A DNA stretch of 57,472 nt from positions 1-57,472 of the IMG/VR virus record IMGVR_UViG_3300044648_000205; one strand, written 5' to 3'. This stretch comes from a virus. Taxonomy: Duplodnaviria > Caudoviricetes. Below, piece by piece: positions 17,860 to 27,172 of the stretch. A model generated the notes under the pieces. That model worked only from the letters and a program-made list of their open reading frames with translations. It made no database searches and was not told where the DNA came from. The first letter of the stretch is position 1. Each line of letters starts with the position of its first letter. A program made the position numbers and the translations under genes.

Positions 17860-20652
17860 TCAGCCCTCCTTCAGGAAGCGGGACTGCAGGGCCTGGATGG
17901 TGCGCCACTGGTCGCGCACCTCCTGCGCGGTGGTGCCGGTGCGTCCGGCGGCGTCGTCCATGTCGGCCAGGTCGAGGATGTCCTGGGTCGGTCGGGTCGG
18001 GACGGCCAGGCGCTCGCGGACCTGCTCGCCGTACTCGGGCACGGCGTAGCCCTCGACGAAGTCACACATGCAGCCCCGGTGATCCCCCGGCCGGTGGAAC
18101 GGCCCGACCCACTGGTAGGCGGGCGACGGCTGCAGCTTCGGGTCCGACCAGTTGGTGAACCGCTCGCCCTCGAGGTCGCGGTGCGGTTCGAACTGCCGCT
18201 TCATCGGCGTGATGCCGTACACCCACAGGTAGCCAACGGTGATGACGCCGGCCTCTTCGAGCACGTCCGCGACGGCCGAGCCGTTGTGCAGGCCGTTGAT
18301 CGCTTCGCCGGTGACCGGGCGGCCGAACTCGTCGAGCCCACCGGACGCTTCGGGGAGTCCTCCGATCTCGGCGAGCGCGGTGCGGATCAGGTAGGGCGGA
18401 ATCTGAACGTCGGGCATCTCGCCCTGGCCGTCGTCCAGCAGCCCGTCCACGTCCTGGTACAGGGCGGCGTCCGCCAGCTCCTCGAGCCGGACCTGCAGGT
18501 GCGACCACGCGGAGTCGATGCGGCTGGCCATTTCGGCGTGCATGCGCTCGCCTGCGGCCCTGCCCTCCCGACTGTCCGGGTTGTAGCCCACCAGCTTCAG
18601 CACGCCGGGCACGATGCGCTCGATGGCGGCCAGCACCCAGCGGGCGAACTTCTCGGACAGCTCCTCCCACGCCTCGGCGAGCAGGAACGGTGTGTCGGCG
18701 CCGAGCTGCAGTGCCTGCGTGCGCCCGACCTTCGCCGGCCACTCCTGCACGGGCATGCCGCGCAGGGACGCGGCGATGGACGGCACGCGGGTGGCCTTGG
18801 CCCGCAGGCGGGAACCGGCTCGTTCGCGCGCCCGGGTGAGAGCGGAGTCGGCGGCCTGCAGAATGGCGTCCCGCAGTGCGCGGTCCACCTGCATGAGCGC
18901 CCGGCTGGCCTCGGTGTCGAGTCGATAGCCGGCGTCCGGCGGTGCCTGCGCCAGGAAGCTGTCGAGGTCGGCCACCAGGTTGGCGGCCTTCTGCGCGTTC
19001 TCCTTCGCTACGTAGCGGGCCAACGCGTCCATATCGATCATCGAGCCACCGGCGGCCACGGCGGGCGGCGCGGTGCTCGGCGTGCCGGTACCACCGGTGC
19101 CAGCCGGGTCGGACTCGGCCTCCGGTACCTGCGTTCGGGTGGCCGGCAGCTGAGCGGGGGCGGGCATCGGAGGCAGTTCGGCGCCGGACTGCTCGGCGGC
19201 CCACTGCAGGATCGCCAGGGCGGCCGACTGGTCGATGCCCTGCTTGGCGGCGATCAACTGCAGGATCTCCTCGGGGGAGGGCGCGTCCTGGTCGCTGAAG
19301 CCGAGACCCTCTCGACCGGCGGACGGCCCGATGAGCGCGCGGTCCAGGGCGTCGAGGGTGTCCTGGCGACGGTTGGGGTTCTCGGTGAGCTGCCCGGCCG
19401 TGTACCAGATGCGGACACGGGCCACCTGGTCCGGGGGGAATCCCTGGGCGGCGAGCGCGGCACGCAGCATGGCGGCCGTCAGGGAGTCCACCATCATCCG
19501 AATGGACGGCTCGAGGAACTGGCGGAACGTGGAGTTGTCGATCTGCCAGGCGGTCCAGTGGTTGACCTGGGCCATGCCGGTGAGGATCTCGGGCGGGATG
19601 TCGAGGGAGGACGCCAGGCGCCCCAGGGCCTTCTCGAGCTTGGCCAGCAGGGTGGGGGAGTCCTCGCGCTCGAACTTGACGTGCCGGAACTCCTTCAGGT
19701 CGTCGCGCTGGCCGGTGAGCACCATGGGCACGACGGCGCCCGCGTCGCCCTCGTTCGAGATGGGGGCGAGCATGGCGCCGGTGAAGTCGGTCATGAACCG
19801 GCTGGCCTGGTCTTCGGGCTTGTCGCTCTCGTTCTTCGTGTTGCGGACCCGGACCATGCCGTCGGGGATCAGCACGACGCCGTTGGTCATGATGCGGGAG
19901 CGGGCGGCGGCGCGCAGTTCCCGGCCGATCAGGCTGATGTCCTCGAGTACGTCCATCAGGGCGTTGAGCGCCGAGTCGGCCAGGTGACTGCGCCGGGGGT
20001 GCGGCACCCACAGGCGGTACAGCTCTTCCTGGTCGAGGTCGACGCGTCGCGGCTGGCCCAGCTCATCCTTCACGGTCATGGTGCGGCCCGAGATGTCCAC
20101 GTCGTCCACGCTGCGGATCTTCCACACCTCGTTGCCGGTGTAGCGATCGGTGTACCCGTGCAGGTAGCACTCGCCGGCCACGTCGAAGTTTTCCGACCAC
20201 ACCCCGAGGAAGCCGTAGCCGTCCGCGAGCGGCAGGCGTGCCAGCTCGGCCTCGGCCGCTTCGATCAGGTCCGGCGGCAGGGTGATGCGCGCGGCCTTCT
20301 CCGGGTCCTCGTCGTTGCGCAGGTCAACGGCGATCGGCTCGTCTTCGGGGTCGTTGGGGTCCACCTGGGCGATGTAGAACTTGACCTTCGAGATGGCCTT
20401 GGCGCGGAACTGCAGGGCGAACCGAAGTTCACCGATCATGTCCCGGTAGCCCCAGGCGAGGGTCTGCCACTGCTGGCGGTTGCCGGCCATGGCGCGCAGG
20501 CGCTCGGCGGTGGTGGGCTCGATGCGCGCACCGGCGGCGCGCAGTACCGACGGCATGGCGCGTGCGCTCCACGCCACGCGCTCGGACTCCACGGCGCGGA
20601 CGCGCTCCATGACGCGCCGGTTGGCGTACGTCTCGCGCTTGCTCTGGGGCAC
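17860..20652 (-). CDS. Portal protein fused to MuF-like domain
   Basis: WQTLAWGYRDMIGEL, LDIPPEILTG..NHWTAW portal motifs; C-term FEPHRDLEG...PGDHRGCMC. Confidence 0.85.
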   Translation of the reverse strand: MPQSKRETYANRRVMERVRAVESERVAWSARAMPSVLRAAGARIEPTTAERLRAMAGNRQQWQTLAWGYRDMIGELRFALQFRAKAISKVKFYIAQVDPNDPEDEPIAVDLRNDEDPEKAARITLPPDLIEAAEAELARLPLADGYGFLGVWSENFDVAGECYLHGYTDRYTGNEVWKIRSVDDVDISGRTMTVKDELGQPRRVDLDQEELYRLWVPHPRRSHLADSALNALMDVLEDISLIGRELRAAARSRIMTNGVVLIPDGMVRVRNTKNESDKPEDQASRFMTDFTGAMLAPISNEGDAGAVVPMVLTGQRDDLKEFRHVKFEREDSPTLLAKLEKALGRLASSLDIPPEILTGMAQVNHWTAWQIDNSTFRQFLEPSIRMMVDSLTAAMLRAALAAQGFPPDQVARVRIWYTAGQLTENPNRRQDTLDALDRALIGPSAGREGLGFSDQDAPSPEEILQLIAAKQGIDQSAALAILQWAAEQSGAELPPMPAPAQLPATRTQVPEAESDPAGTGGTGTPSTAPPAVAAGGSMIDMDALARYVAKENAQKAANLVADLDSFLAQAPPDAGYRLDTEASRALMQVDRALRDAILQAADSALTRARERAGSRLRAKATRVPSIAASLRGMPVQEWPAKVGRTQALQLGADTPFLLAEAWEELSEKFARWVLAAIERIVPGVLKLVGYNPDSREGRAAGERMHAEMASRIDSAWSHLQVRLEELADAALYQDVDGLLDDGQGEMPDVQIPPYLIRTALAEIGGLPEASGGLDEFGRPVTGEAINGLHNGSAVADVLEEAGVITVGYLWVYGITPMKRQFEPHRDLEGERFTNWSDPKLQPSPAYQWVGPFHRPGDHRGCMCDFVEGYAVPEYGEQVRERLAVPTRPTQDILDLADMDDAAGRTGTTAQEVRDQWRTIQALQSRFLKEG

Positions 20653-20664
20653 GTACGGCTCCCT

Positions 20665-21048
20665 CTACTCGGTGGCCTGGTGCAGGAGGCCCACCACGGC
20701 ACTGAAGGCCAGCGGGACGACCAGGAACGACCAGACGGTGGTCGGGATGAGGGATGCGGCGAGGAACACGGCGAGCGAGATCCAGTAGCCCGAGCACCAC
20801 GCGCAGGTCACCAGGTAGGCCAGCGGCGGCGTGCCGCCGTACACGATCCACTTCCGCGCCTTCTCAGGGTCGGCCGAGTCCGGCTCGATGCCCTTCACAT
20901 CCCAGTTGCGGTGCGCAGTGTTTTGGATCAGGTCCCGCAGGCCGGGCATGGGCGGCAGCATGTCGGCCACCCACAGGCGCGTCAGGCGGTAGGCGGCCAG
21001 CACGTTGATGATCAGCCACAGGGGGCTGGTGACCCACTCCAGGGTCAC
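20665..21048 (-). CDS. DUF1360-like membrane protein
   Basis: AYRLTRL...LVTCAWCSGYW. Confidence 0.75.
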   Translation of the reverse strand: MTLEWVTSPLWLIINVLAAYRLTRLWVADMLPPMPGLRDLIQNTAHRNWDVKGIEPDSADPEKARKWIVYGGTPPLAYLVTCAWCSGYWISLAVFLAASLIPTTVWSFLVVPLAFSAVVGLLHQATE

Positions 21049-21221
21049 GGTCCAGCCGCCAGCAGGAGTGCCAGGATGACCAGCACGGCGCCGAGCGCAG
21101 CGGCCAGCATGCCGAACACCCCTCGAGCGCGCACGCCCAGGGAGTTGACGGCGCCCAGGCCGGCGGCCGTGATGCCCAGGCCGGCGAGCAGCACCAGCAC
21201 CCAACCAGCAACAGTGATCAT
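21045..21221 (-). CDS. Small two-TM membrane protein
   Basis: MITVAGWVLVLL..., coupled starts and stops. Confidence 0.65.
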   Translation of the reverse strand: MITVAGWVLVLLAGLGITAAGLGAVNSLGVRARGVFGMLAAALGAVLVILALLLAAGP

Positions 21222-21742
21222 CGCGTGCTCTCCCATGCCTCGTTCCGGGTGGCCCACGTGGGGCGCCAAGCCTTCAGTGCGCCAGCACTGCAGCCGCAGC
21301 CGCCAAGGGGCTGTACTACGACGGTGCCCGCGTCCGTGACCACGTGGAACCCCTTCTGGCGGGCAGCGTATCCACCGGCCGGTCGCGGCGTCTTGTCGTA
21401 GTGGATGGGTGAGAACCACTCCGGGTGGGCGCCGGTGAGTCGGTCCGACTGCGCGGGCGGGCGGATGTAGACATAGAGGCCCTCGCGGGTGGCGAACACC
21501 TTGGCCAGGCGCAGCGGCTGATCGCGGTCGGGGAGCTTCACTGACGCCGGGAACCACTCGCCTCGGAACGACACCGGGATGGGAACCGGCGACGCGGCGA
21601 GCTTCTCGGCTACCCCGGCCATGCCGATCGACACGGCGGCGGCTGGCGTGATGAGCGTCGGGCCACCATCCGCACGCGGCGGCTGGGCAAGAGCCTGTCG
21701 GACCGTGCGCGCTCGCGGGCTGCGCCTGCGTGGTGTGGCCAC
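21218..21742 (-). CDS. Hypothetical protein
   Basis: GTG after AGGAGG; C-term GGCGCS. Confidence 0.7.
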   Translation of the reverse strand: MATPRRRSPRARTVRQALAQPPRADGGPTLITPAAAVSIGMAGVAEKLAASPVPIPVSFRGEWFPASVKLPDRDQPLRLAKVFATREGLYVYIRPPAQSDRLTGAHPEWFSPIHYDKTPRPAGGYAARQKGFHVVTDAGTVVVQPLGGCGCSAGALKAWRPTWATRNEAWESTR

Positions 21743-21777
21743 GTGCTCCTCCTGATGATCGGGTCTGCCCATGGTAA

Positions 21778-21822
21778 CGCGCACATCCCCCGCACCTGGT
21801 GGGGTTGCGGGGGATGTGCGCG
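21778..21822. terminator. Strong hairpin
   Basis: CGCGCACATCCCCCGCA...TGCGGGGGATGTGCGCG. Confidence 0.6.
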
Positions 21823-21831
21823 TCGCGCTGG

Positions 21832-22035
21832 CTACCGCTTCTTGTCGACCACCATTCCGATGATGGCGATGGCCACGAGGAGGGCGGTCCAACTGCCCAC
21901 CGAGATGCCGGCCAGCGCCCACGAGCCCAGCGCCAGGGCGGCGCCGAGTCCGAGCATGGCGAGCACGGTGCCAACGAGCAGCGCGGCGAGGGCCTCGTTG
22001 CTGCTGGAGAACTTCCGCTCGGTCGGGTCGCTCAT
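21832..22035 (-). CDS. Small membrane protein
   Basis: Two hydrophobic segments; ATGA-coupled. Confidence 0.65.
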   Translation of the reverse strand: MSDPTERKFSSSNEALAALLVGTVLAMLGLGAALALGSWALAGISVGSWTALLVAIAIIGMVVDKKR

Positions 22036-22418
22036 GCGCTCGTGGCCTGCTTCATGGTCGGGAAGTTGTTGACCGGACGCCAGTCGCGGCCGTGTCCGAC
22101 GCCATCGTGCAGCTTCACCCAGCGGAACGCGTTGCAGCGGATCACCACCATCTCGACGCCGTATCGGTAGACGTACACGCTGCCGGTGTCGTAGGCGTAG
22201 GTCCACGGCGTCTCGGTGCTGTCGGCGTAGTTGTGCGGCCACTCCTTGCTGGTGACCATGGCGCGCACGATGCGACCGAAGTCCACGGCGGTGTACTCGA
22301 CATCGGTCACGCTCTGGAAGAGCTGCGGGTGGATGGCCTCGACCAGGTGCGTCGAGGTCCCCAGGTAGACGGCGGCGTCGCCCCTGCCGGTGTAGAAGTC
22401 GGCCTGCGTGGTGGTCAT
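22032..22418 (-). CDS. Hypothetical protein (128 aa)
   Basis: ADFYTGRG...WPHNYADSTETPWTYAY. Confidence 0.75.
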   Translation of the reverse strand: MTTTQADFYTGRGDAAVYLGTSTHLVEAIHPQLFQSVTDVEYTAVDFGRIVRAMVTSKEWPHNYADSTETPWTYAYDTGSVYVYRYGVEMVVIRCNAFRWVKLHDGVGHGRDWRPVNNFPTMKQATSA

Positions 22419-22427
22419 GGCGGCCTC

Positions 22428-23276
22428 TCAGTTCATCGTGAGGTGCTTGGGGGTGATGACGCCGTTGGCCGGCTGCTGCAGCTTCCCGTAGCGCTCGCCC
22501 TTGCGGTAGGCGTTCCACGTGCGCACGAGGTCGTAGAGCTGGGCGGCCTCGGGCTGCTTGATGCGCTCCCGGCGGTAGCGGGTGGCGCGGTCCCGCAGGA
22601 CCATAACCGGGTGATCGGCCGGCATGTTGGCGCCGGTCTCGAGGAGCTGGAAGAATTCGGCGACCTGCTCGACCGTCAGGCGCTCGGGCTCGCTGGCGGC
22701 CAGACCGTAGGCGGTGAAGGCGAGCGCGCCAACCAGCGCCCGGTTCAGCTCGATGCGTCGGCAGACGCGCATGGCGTGCTCGGTGGCCACCTCGAGCCGG
22801 GTGGGCCAGGTGCCGGCAAAGATGGCGATCTCCTGGATGGTCGGGCGGTAGGCGGTGAGCATCGAGCCGGTGTTCCACCGGAGCAGCACGCGAGCGATGG
22901 CGGCCACGGTGCTGCCGTTCTTCCAGCCGGCGATGTGCAGCTGCTGACCGGCTCGGCGAGCCATCCCGGAGTCCATGATGTTCTGGTCCTCGGGGTCGGC
23001 ACCCTCGACCACCACGAACACCTGCTTGGTGTTCGACTTCACGACGGCGGAGAGTCGGTGCTGACCGTTGAGGAGCTTCCCGTCGGTGTCGAAGGTGATG
23101 GCGTCGTTGCTGAGCACCCACGCGCCGGCCATCATGGCTCGGGCGTGCTCGTCGACACGGCGAGGGTTGATCGTGCGGTTTCGGGTGTTGACGGTGTCGA
23201 GCCAGGTCTGGGCGAGCTTCGGGTTGACGGTGAGCAGGCGCACCGTGCGCCCGTTGTAGTGAAGAGGGTTACTCAT
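22428..23276 (-). CDS. ParB/Srx-like (DGQHR-type) domain protein
   Basis: NTRNR...GAWVLSNDAITFDTDGKLLNGQHRLSAV...MDSG..R. Confidence 0.75.
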   Translation of the reverse strand: MSNPLHYNGRTVRLLTVNPKLAQTWLDTVNTRNRTINPRRVDEHARAMMAGAWVLSNDAITFDTDGKLLNGQHRLSAVVKSNTKQVFVVVEGADPEDQNIMDSGMARRAGQQLHIAGWKNGSTVAAIARVLLRWNTGSMLTAYRPTIQEIAIFAGTWPTRLEVATEHAMRVCRRIELNRALVGALAFTAYGLAASEPERLTVEQVAEFFQLLETGANMPADHPVMVLRDRATRYRRERIKQPEAAQLYDLVRTWNAYRKGERYGKLQQPANGVITPKHLTMN

Positions 23277-23313
23277 CGGGGGTCCTTCCTGGGTTGTTCC
23301 CGGTGTTGAGGTC

Positions 23314-23342
23314 ACAGTACCCCATGTCTAACGGGGTGTCTA
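23314..23342 (-). promoter_or_regulatory. Cassette promoter
   Basis: TAGACA-N17-TACTGT, GGGAACAAC leader, GAAGGACCC RBS. Confidence 0.7.
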
Positions 23343-24137
23343 CCTGCGGTCGTGGATCTTCTGAGACATCAGATAAGAGCGGGGGAGGTCGCGGGAGATT
23401 CGACCTGCGACCTGCGGCGTGCGCGCTCGCGCCTCGGCCTGCACAGCGCGGGCCTGCCGCTCCAGCTCGGCCAGCATCTGCTGGCGCGGCGTCGGGCCGA
23501 CCGGCTCGGAACGGGTGAGGCACACACTGCCGCTGAAGTTCCGCAGGGCGTACTCCTCCACGTCCTGCTCGAAGCCAGCCTGCTCGGCGGCGGCCTCCTC
23601 GAGCATCTTGCAGGCGGCGATCCACAGCGCGCTGTTCGCGCGGGGCTGCTGCTCGTGGTTCTCCCGCAGGCGGATGACGCCCTTCAGGTCTCGGCCGCTG
23701 TTGACAATCTGGTGGGCTTTGCGCTGCACCTCGGCCGGATCGACACCGGCAGCGTCTCGGCGCCGGTGAGCCGAGCTGACACCGCTGGGCGAGCTGGGTC
23801 CATGCGTAGGCTCTTTGAGCGGATCGACGGCCACCGGCACACCCCAGTAGGTGAGCAGCTCGACGGCCGCCTGGCGCTCCGAGACGCTGTCGGACTCGAG
23901 GTGACTACGCCACCAGTCGATGTCCGCGCCCCGGCCCAGCGTGGCCTGGCGGTCTTCCTGGTCGCGCACGTGTCGGCGGTAGCTGTGTGCGGCCAAGGCG
24001 CCCACGACGGCGGCTAAGGCGAGGTTGATCCAGTCGCCGTGACCGATGAACACGGCGGTCAGATTCAGGACGGCCGCGAACGCCCACGCGACGGCGCATC
24101 GCAGGTCATTGGTCCACTGGCGAAGTCGAGCAATCAT
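23340..24137 (-). CDS. Membrane-anchored hypothetical protein
   Basis: Two N-terminal TM segments; cassette leader upstream. Confidence 0.75.
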   Translation of the reverse strand: MIARLRQWTNDLRCAVAWAFAAVLNLTAVFIGHGDWINLALAAVVGALAAHSYRRHVRDQEDRQATLGRGADIDWWRSHLESDSVSERQAAVELLTYWGVPVAVDPLKEPTHGPSSPSGVSSAHRRRDAAGVDPAEVQRKAHQIVNSGRDLKGVIRLRENHEQQPRANSALWIAACKMLEEAAAEQAGFEQDVEEYALRNFSGSVCLTRSEPVGPTPRQQMLAELERQARAVQAEARARTPQVAGRISRDLPRSYLMSQKIHDRR

Positions 24138-24176
24138 GTCGGGTCCTTCCGGGGTCGTTCCCTGCTGACATGAGGG

Positions 24177-24205
24177 ACTGTACCCCCTACGACAATGGGT
24201 GTCAA
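24177..24205 (-). promoter_or_regulatory. Cassette promoter
   Basis: TTGACA-N17-TACAGT. Confidence 0.85.
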
Positions 24206-24243
24206 ACGACGAATGCCCCGCCGGTGAGGGCGAGGCATTCGGT

Positions 24244-24534
24244 TCAGGCGGAGGTCCAGCTGGGGAACTGGGCGAGCGCGGCGTCTACAACCTGCTCGGT
24301 GGTCTGTCCGGCGTTCAGCATCTCCCACACCTTCGCACCGTTCAGGACCGTGGTCGGCACCTGGTTGAGGTACCGGGCTGGCATGCCGTGGCAAATCATC
24401 ATGCCCACGTTGATCAGCATCCGGCCGGCGTCGTCGCCGTACTCGAAGTAGCCGAAGCTGATCGGCTGCTGGACCTTCCGGTACACGTCCAGGAGGGCGA
24501 CGAGGTTGGTGCGCGCAGTCTGGATGTCCTGCAT
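24244..24534 (-). CDS. Hypothetical protein (96 aa), single-gene cassette
   Basis: Own promoter, RBS and downstream hairpin at about 24211-24240. Confidence 0.8.
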   Translation of the reverse strand: MQDIQTARTNLVALLDVYRKVQQPISFGYFEYGDDAGRMLINVGMMICHGMPARYLNQVPTTVLNGAKVWEMLNAGQTTEQVVDAALAQFPSWTSA

Positions 24535-24575
24535 GGGGTCCTTCTCTCTGTGGAGTTGTTCCTGCTATGTGAAGT

Positions 24576-24605
24576 ACTGTACCCCCTACAGTCTCAGGCT
24601 GTCAA
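24576..24605 (-). promoter_or_regulatory. Cassette promoter
   Basis: TTGACA-N18-TACAGT. Confidence 0.85.
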
Positions 24606-24899
24606 CAGCCGGTTCGCGGTGCGGCGGGCGGCGCCGATCTCGCCACCCTGCTTAGACTGGCAGGGACCACACGCGGGCTGGATGTTGCCGCGCCGGTAGC
24701 TGCCGCCGTCCGCGCCGAGCACCAACCGGTCCGCGCTCACCGTGTCCACGTCCAGCACCAGCAGGCAGTACAGCGAGCGCTGGATGAAGCAGGCGACGTG
24801 CTCGCCGTCGCCGAACTCCTCGACGAGCCATTCCCTGCGGCGCCTGCGCGTGTAGCTCGACCCCCTCGAGTTGCGGTTGGTGGTGCCGCGTTTGCACAT
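24594..24899 (-). CDS. HNH endonuclease-like protein
   Basis: C..C...SADRLVLGADGGSYRRGNIQPACGPCQ. Confidence 0.75.
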   Translation of the reverse strand: MCKRGTTNRNSRGSSYTRRRRREWLVEEFGDGEHVACFIQRSLYCLLVLDVDTVSADRLVLGADGGSYRRGNIQPACGPCQSKQGGEIGAARRTANRLLTA

Positions 24900-24903
24900 G
24901 CGA

Positions 24904-25026
24904 TCACCCCAGGAGGGTGGCCAACAGCAGCGGCAGCGCGAAGGCCGCCACTGCGATCAGGCCCACCAGGATCACGGCGAGCACGCCGACCGCCACGAAC
25001 TTCGCGACGGTCGCCAGCATCTTCAC
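24904..25026 (-). CDS. Small membrane protein (40 aa)
   Basis: Hydrophobic ORF, GTGA-coupled. Confidence 0.55.
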   Translation of the reverse strand: MKMLATVAKFVAVGVLAVILVGLIAVAAFALPLLLATLLG

Positions 25027-25238
25027 GCCTTCCTCCCGTTCTGCACGTGTGCGGCCAGCAGGGCGCGGCCCACAAGCGCGAGCCGGTCGGCCGGGATCGT
25101 AACGTCGCCGTCATCGCCCTGGATGACCACGTCGCGGTCCACCTGCCAGGCGAACACGCCGGGGGCGCACTCCCACGCCTGGGCGGCGTCGGACTGGCAC
25201 AGCGGGTGCAGAGCGCCGTAGGCGCGCTCATCGCTCAT
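25023..25238 (-). CDS. Hypothetical protein
   Basis: Coupled ORF in operon. Confidence 0.65.
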   Translation of the reverse strand: MSDERAYGALHPLCQSDAAQAWECAPGVFAWQVDRDVVIQGDDGDVTIPADRLALVGRALLAAHVQNGRKA

Positions 25239-25438
25239 CGGTGGGACCTCTCGTATTGCTGAAGCGCCAGACGGAGGTTTCGTACGCCGTCGAGGTCGAG
25301 GGCCACGGCCAGCTCGGTCTCGGTGTCATCCACCATGACTTCCAGCCGGGGCTCTCGACTCTCGGGGTCAACGGTCTCGTTCAGGCGGATGAGCCGTCCA
25401 TAGTCGGCGCACCACACGCGGGTCTCATCGGTGGGCAC
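25235..25438 (-). CDS. Hypothetical protein
   Basis: GTG after GAGGAG. Confidence 0.65.
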   Translation of the reverse strand: MPTDETRVWCADYGRLIRLNETVDPESREPRLEVMVDDTETELAVALDLDGVRNLRLALQQYERSHR

Positions 25439-25709
25439 GGTCGTACTCCTCGCCATGGATGTCGCACAGGACGGCTCGACCGGAGGACACGCACTCCAGG
25501 TCGTCGCACACGACTTCCATCTTTTCCAGGCCGTCGAGCAGTGCCACGACGGAGAAAATACCGACCTCGACGACACGCGCCAGATCGGCGTATCGGCCGC
25601 CCAGCTGACTAAGAGAGTGGGTCAGCTGGGCCAGGCTCGGGCCTTCGTAGCCGCGCGCCGGTGGAGACCAGTCGAAGGGCCAGGGCTCGGGCTCCGGGGT
25701 GTCAGCCAC
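25425..25709 (-). CDS. Hypothetical protein
   Basis: Overlapping operonic ORF; C-term CDDLEC...LCDIH. Confidence 0.6.
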   Translation of the reverse strand: MADTPEPEPWPFDWSPPARGYEGPSLAQLTHSLSQLGGRYADLARVVEVGIFSVVALLDGLEKMEVVCDDLECVSSGRAVLCDIHGEEYDRAHR

Positions 25710-25842
25710 GACCGTTGACCCACTTCCAGTACTCGAGGGTGACCCACGCGTTCTCGAAGATGTCCCACACATGGATCTCTCCGTTGATCAGCTTCTCACC
25801 CGCCCCGGGCTCGGCGGGTCGGGTGGCGGTGTCGGCAGACAT
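25702..25842 (-). CDS. Hypothetical protein (46 aa)
   Basis: ATG after GAGAGG. Confidence 0.6.
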   Translation of the reverse strand: MSADTATRPAEPGAGEKLINGEIHVWDIFENAWVTLEYWKWVNGRG

Positions 25843-25859
25843 CGGGTGTGCCTCTCTGG

Positions 25860-26060
25860 TCAGTGGAACTTCACTTCGTGTTTGGTCCAGCCGTGTGTGC
25901 CGTAGGCGTGCTGCACGCAGGCACTCAGGGCCTTCTCGCTCTTCACATCGTCGAACTGCTTGCCACAGGGCTTCGGGCACTTGGCCCGGAACTGATCACC
26001 GACCTTGCGGACGGTGATCACGGGTCGGTTGTCGCGGGGCTTGCCCTTCTTGCGGATCAT
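25860..26060 (-). CDS. Basic C2H2-type zinc-finger protein
   Basis: AKCPKPC...QHAYGTHGWT. Confidence 0.7.
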   Translation of the reverse strand: MIRKKGKPRDNRPVITVRKVGDQFRAKCPKPCGKQFDDVKSEKALSACVQHAYGTHGWTKHEVKFH

Positions 26061-26124
26061 GGGGTGCAGGGTTCCGTATCGGGTCGAGGGCCGTCCCACC
26101 ACCTCGGCGGGACGGCCCGGTTGG

Positions 26125-26334
26125 TCAGAGCCAGTAGGTCAGGTAGCCGATCCGGGCACCTTCGGCCGTGTGGACGTTGACGAGGATCGACTGCTTGTCG
26201 GTGCAGACGTAGCCGGTGGCGGCGGTGATGATCCGGCGCTGACGCTCGCACCGCTCGACCAGCTCAGCACGCTCTTCGGCGGTGAGCTGAGCGGCCTGGG
26301 CGGTGAGCATGTCGCGGGCGGTGATGGTGATCAT
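26125..26334 (-). CDS. Hypothetical protein
   Basis: First gene of cassette; GAAGGACCC RBS. Confidence 0.75.
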   Translation of the reverse strand: MITITARDMLTAQAAQLTAEERAELVERCERQRRIITAATGYVCTDKQSILVNVHTAEGARIGYLTYWL

Positions 26335-26375
26335 CTGGGGGTCCTTCCCGGAGGTCGTTCCTGCTGATATGAAGA

Positions 26376-26404
26376 ACTGTACCCCCCACGCCATGGGGTG
26401 TCAA
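26376..26404 (-). promoter_or_regulatory. Cassette promoter
   Basis: TTGACA-N17-TACAGT. Confidence 0.85.
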
Positions 26405-26700
26405 GCCAGAAGTTCGGCGGGATTCGCCAACACCTCGAACGCCCTGGCCATGGAGACGTTCACGTCGCGCCGCTCCACCCACGGCACCCGGTCCACGGAC
26501 AAGACGACCGTACTGCCGATCAGCGTCAGGAACACGTGCGCGTCGAACGTGGGTGCCGGCCACTGCCGAGAGGTCACCCAGTCGGGCGTGGGACGGCCGC
26601 TGAGCGACCAGCGGATGGTGGACGGTCCTACGGCGGTCCACTCGCCTGCGGTGACCGCCTCGCGCATCTGAGAGGCGAGACGGTCCCTCTTGGCTTCCAT
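26401..26700 (-). CDS. Hypothetical protein
   Basis: TGATG-coupled to upstream gene. Confidence 0.7.
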   Translation of the reverse strand: MEAKRDRLASQMREAVTAGEWTAVGPSTIRWSLSGRPTPDWVTSRQWPAPTFDAHVFLTLIGSTVVLSVDRVPWVERRDVNVSMARAFEVLANPAELLA

Positions 26701-27038
26701 CAACCCTGGCGCTTCGGGCACTCGGGGCAGTCCATCGACATGCGACCGGGGGCGCTGGCGTGCCACGGGTTGGGGCAGCCCTTCTGGGCGGCCAGCTGGG
26801 CCAGGGCGGAGCGCTCGCACTTCAGGCACACACCTTTGCCACCGCCGTGCACGCGGGCCGACTCGAGGACCACGGCCAGCGTCGCGGAGCTGCGGCCGTT
26901 GCACCAGAAGTTGGACTTCGAGAGGGCGGCGCAGGCCGACTTCGCGTAGTTGAGCGAGTCGGGGCCGGTGGTGACGACCTCGTCCAGTCCGGCGATGTGG
27001 TTCTTGCCCTTGGCGTACTTGACGGTGAAATCGGTCAT
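26700..27038 (-). CDS. Cys-rich hypothetical protein
   Basis: CLKC, CPNPWH, CPEC; cassette RBS. Confidence 0.75.
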   Translation of the reverse strand: MTDFTVKYAKGKNHIAGLDEVVTTGPDSLNYAKSACAALSKSNFWCNGRSSATLAVVLESARVHGGGKGVCLKCERSALAQLAAQKGCPNPWHASAPGRMSMDCPECPKRQG

Positions 27039-27080
27039 TTTGGGTCCTTCCCTCGGGGGGTTGTTCCTGCTGATGTCACT

Positions 27081-27109
27081 ACTGTACCCCCTGCGACTGG
27101 TGGTGTCAA
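27081..27109 (-). promoter_or_regulatory. Cassette promoter
   Basis: TTGACA-N17-TACAGT. Confidence 0.85.
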
Positions 27110-27119
27110 CCCCGGGACA

Positions 27120-27158
27120 CACCGAAGCCCCCCGGGGGGATTCCGGGGGGCTTCGGTG
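27120..27158. terminator. Intrinsic terminator-like hairpin
   Basis: CACCGAAGCCCCCCGG...CCGGGGGGCTTCGGTG. Confidence 0.7.
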
Positions 27159-27172
27159 GGCTTCGGTGGTGG

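Noticed and set aside
15430..21339. 1969-aa plus-strand ORF and other long plus-strand ORFs over the structural genes
   Set aside because: Antisense shadows of portal, protease, capsid and terminase caused by high GC; no RBS or recognisable motifs
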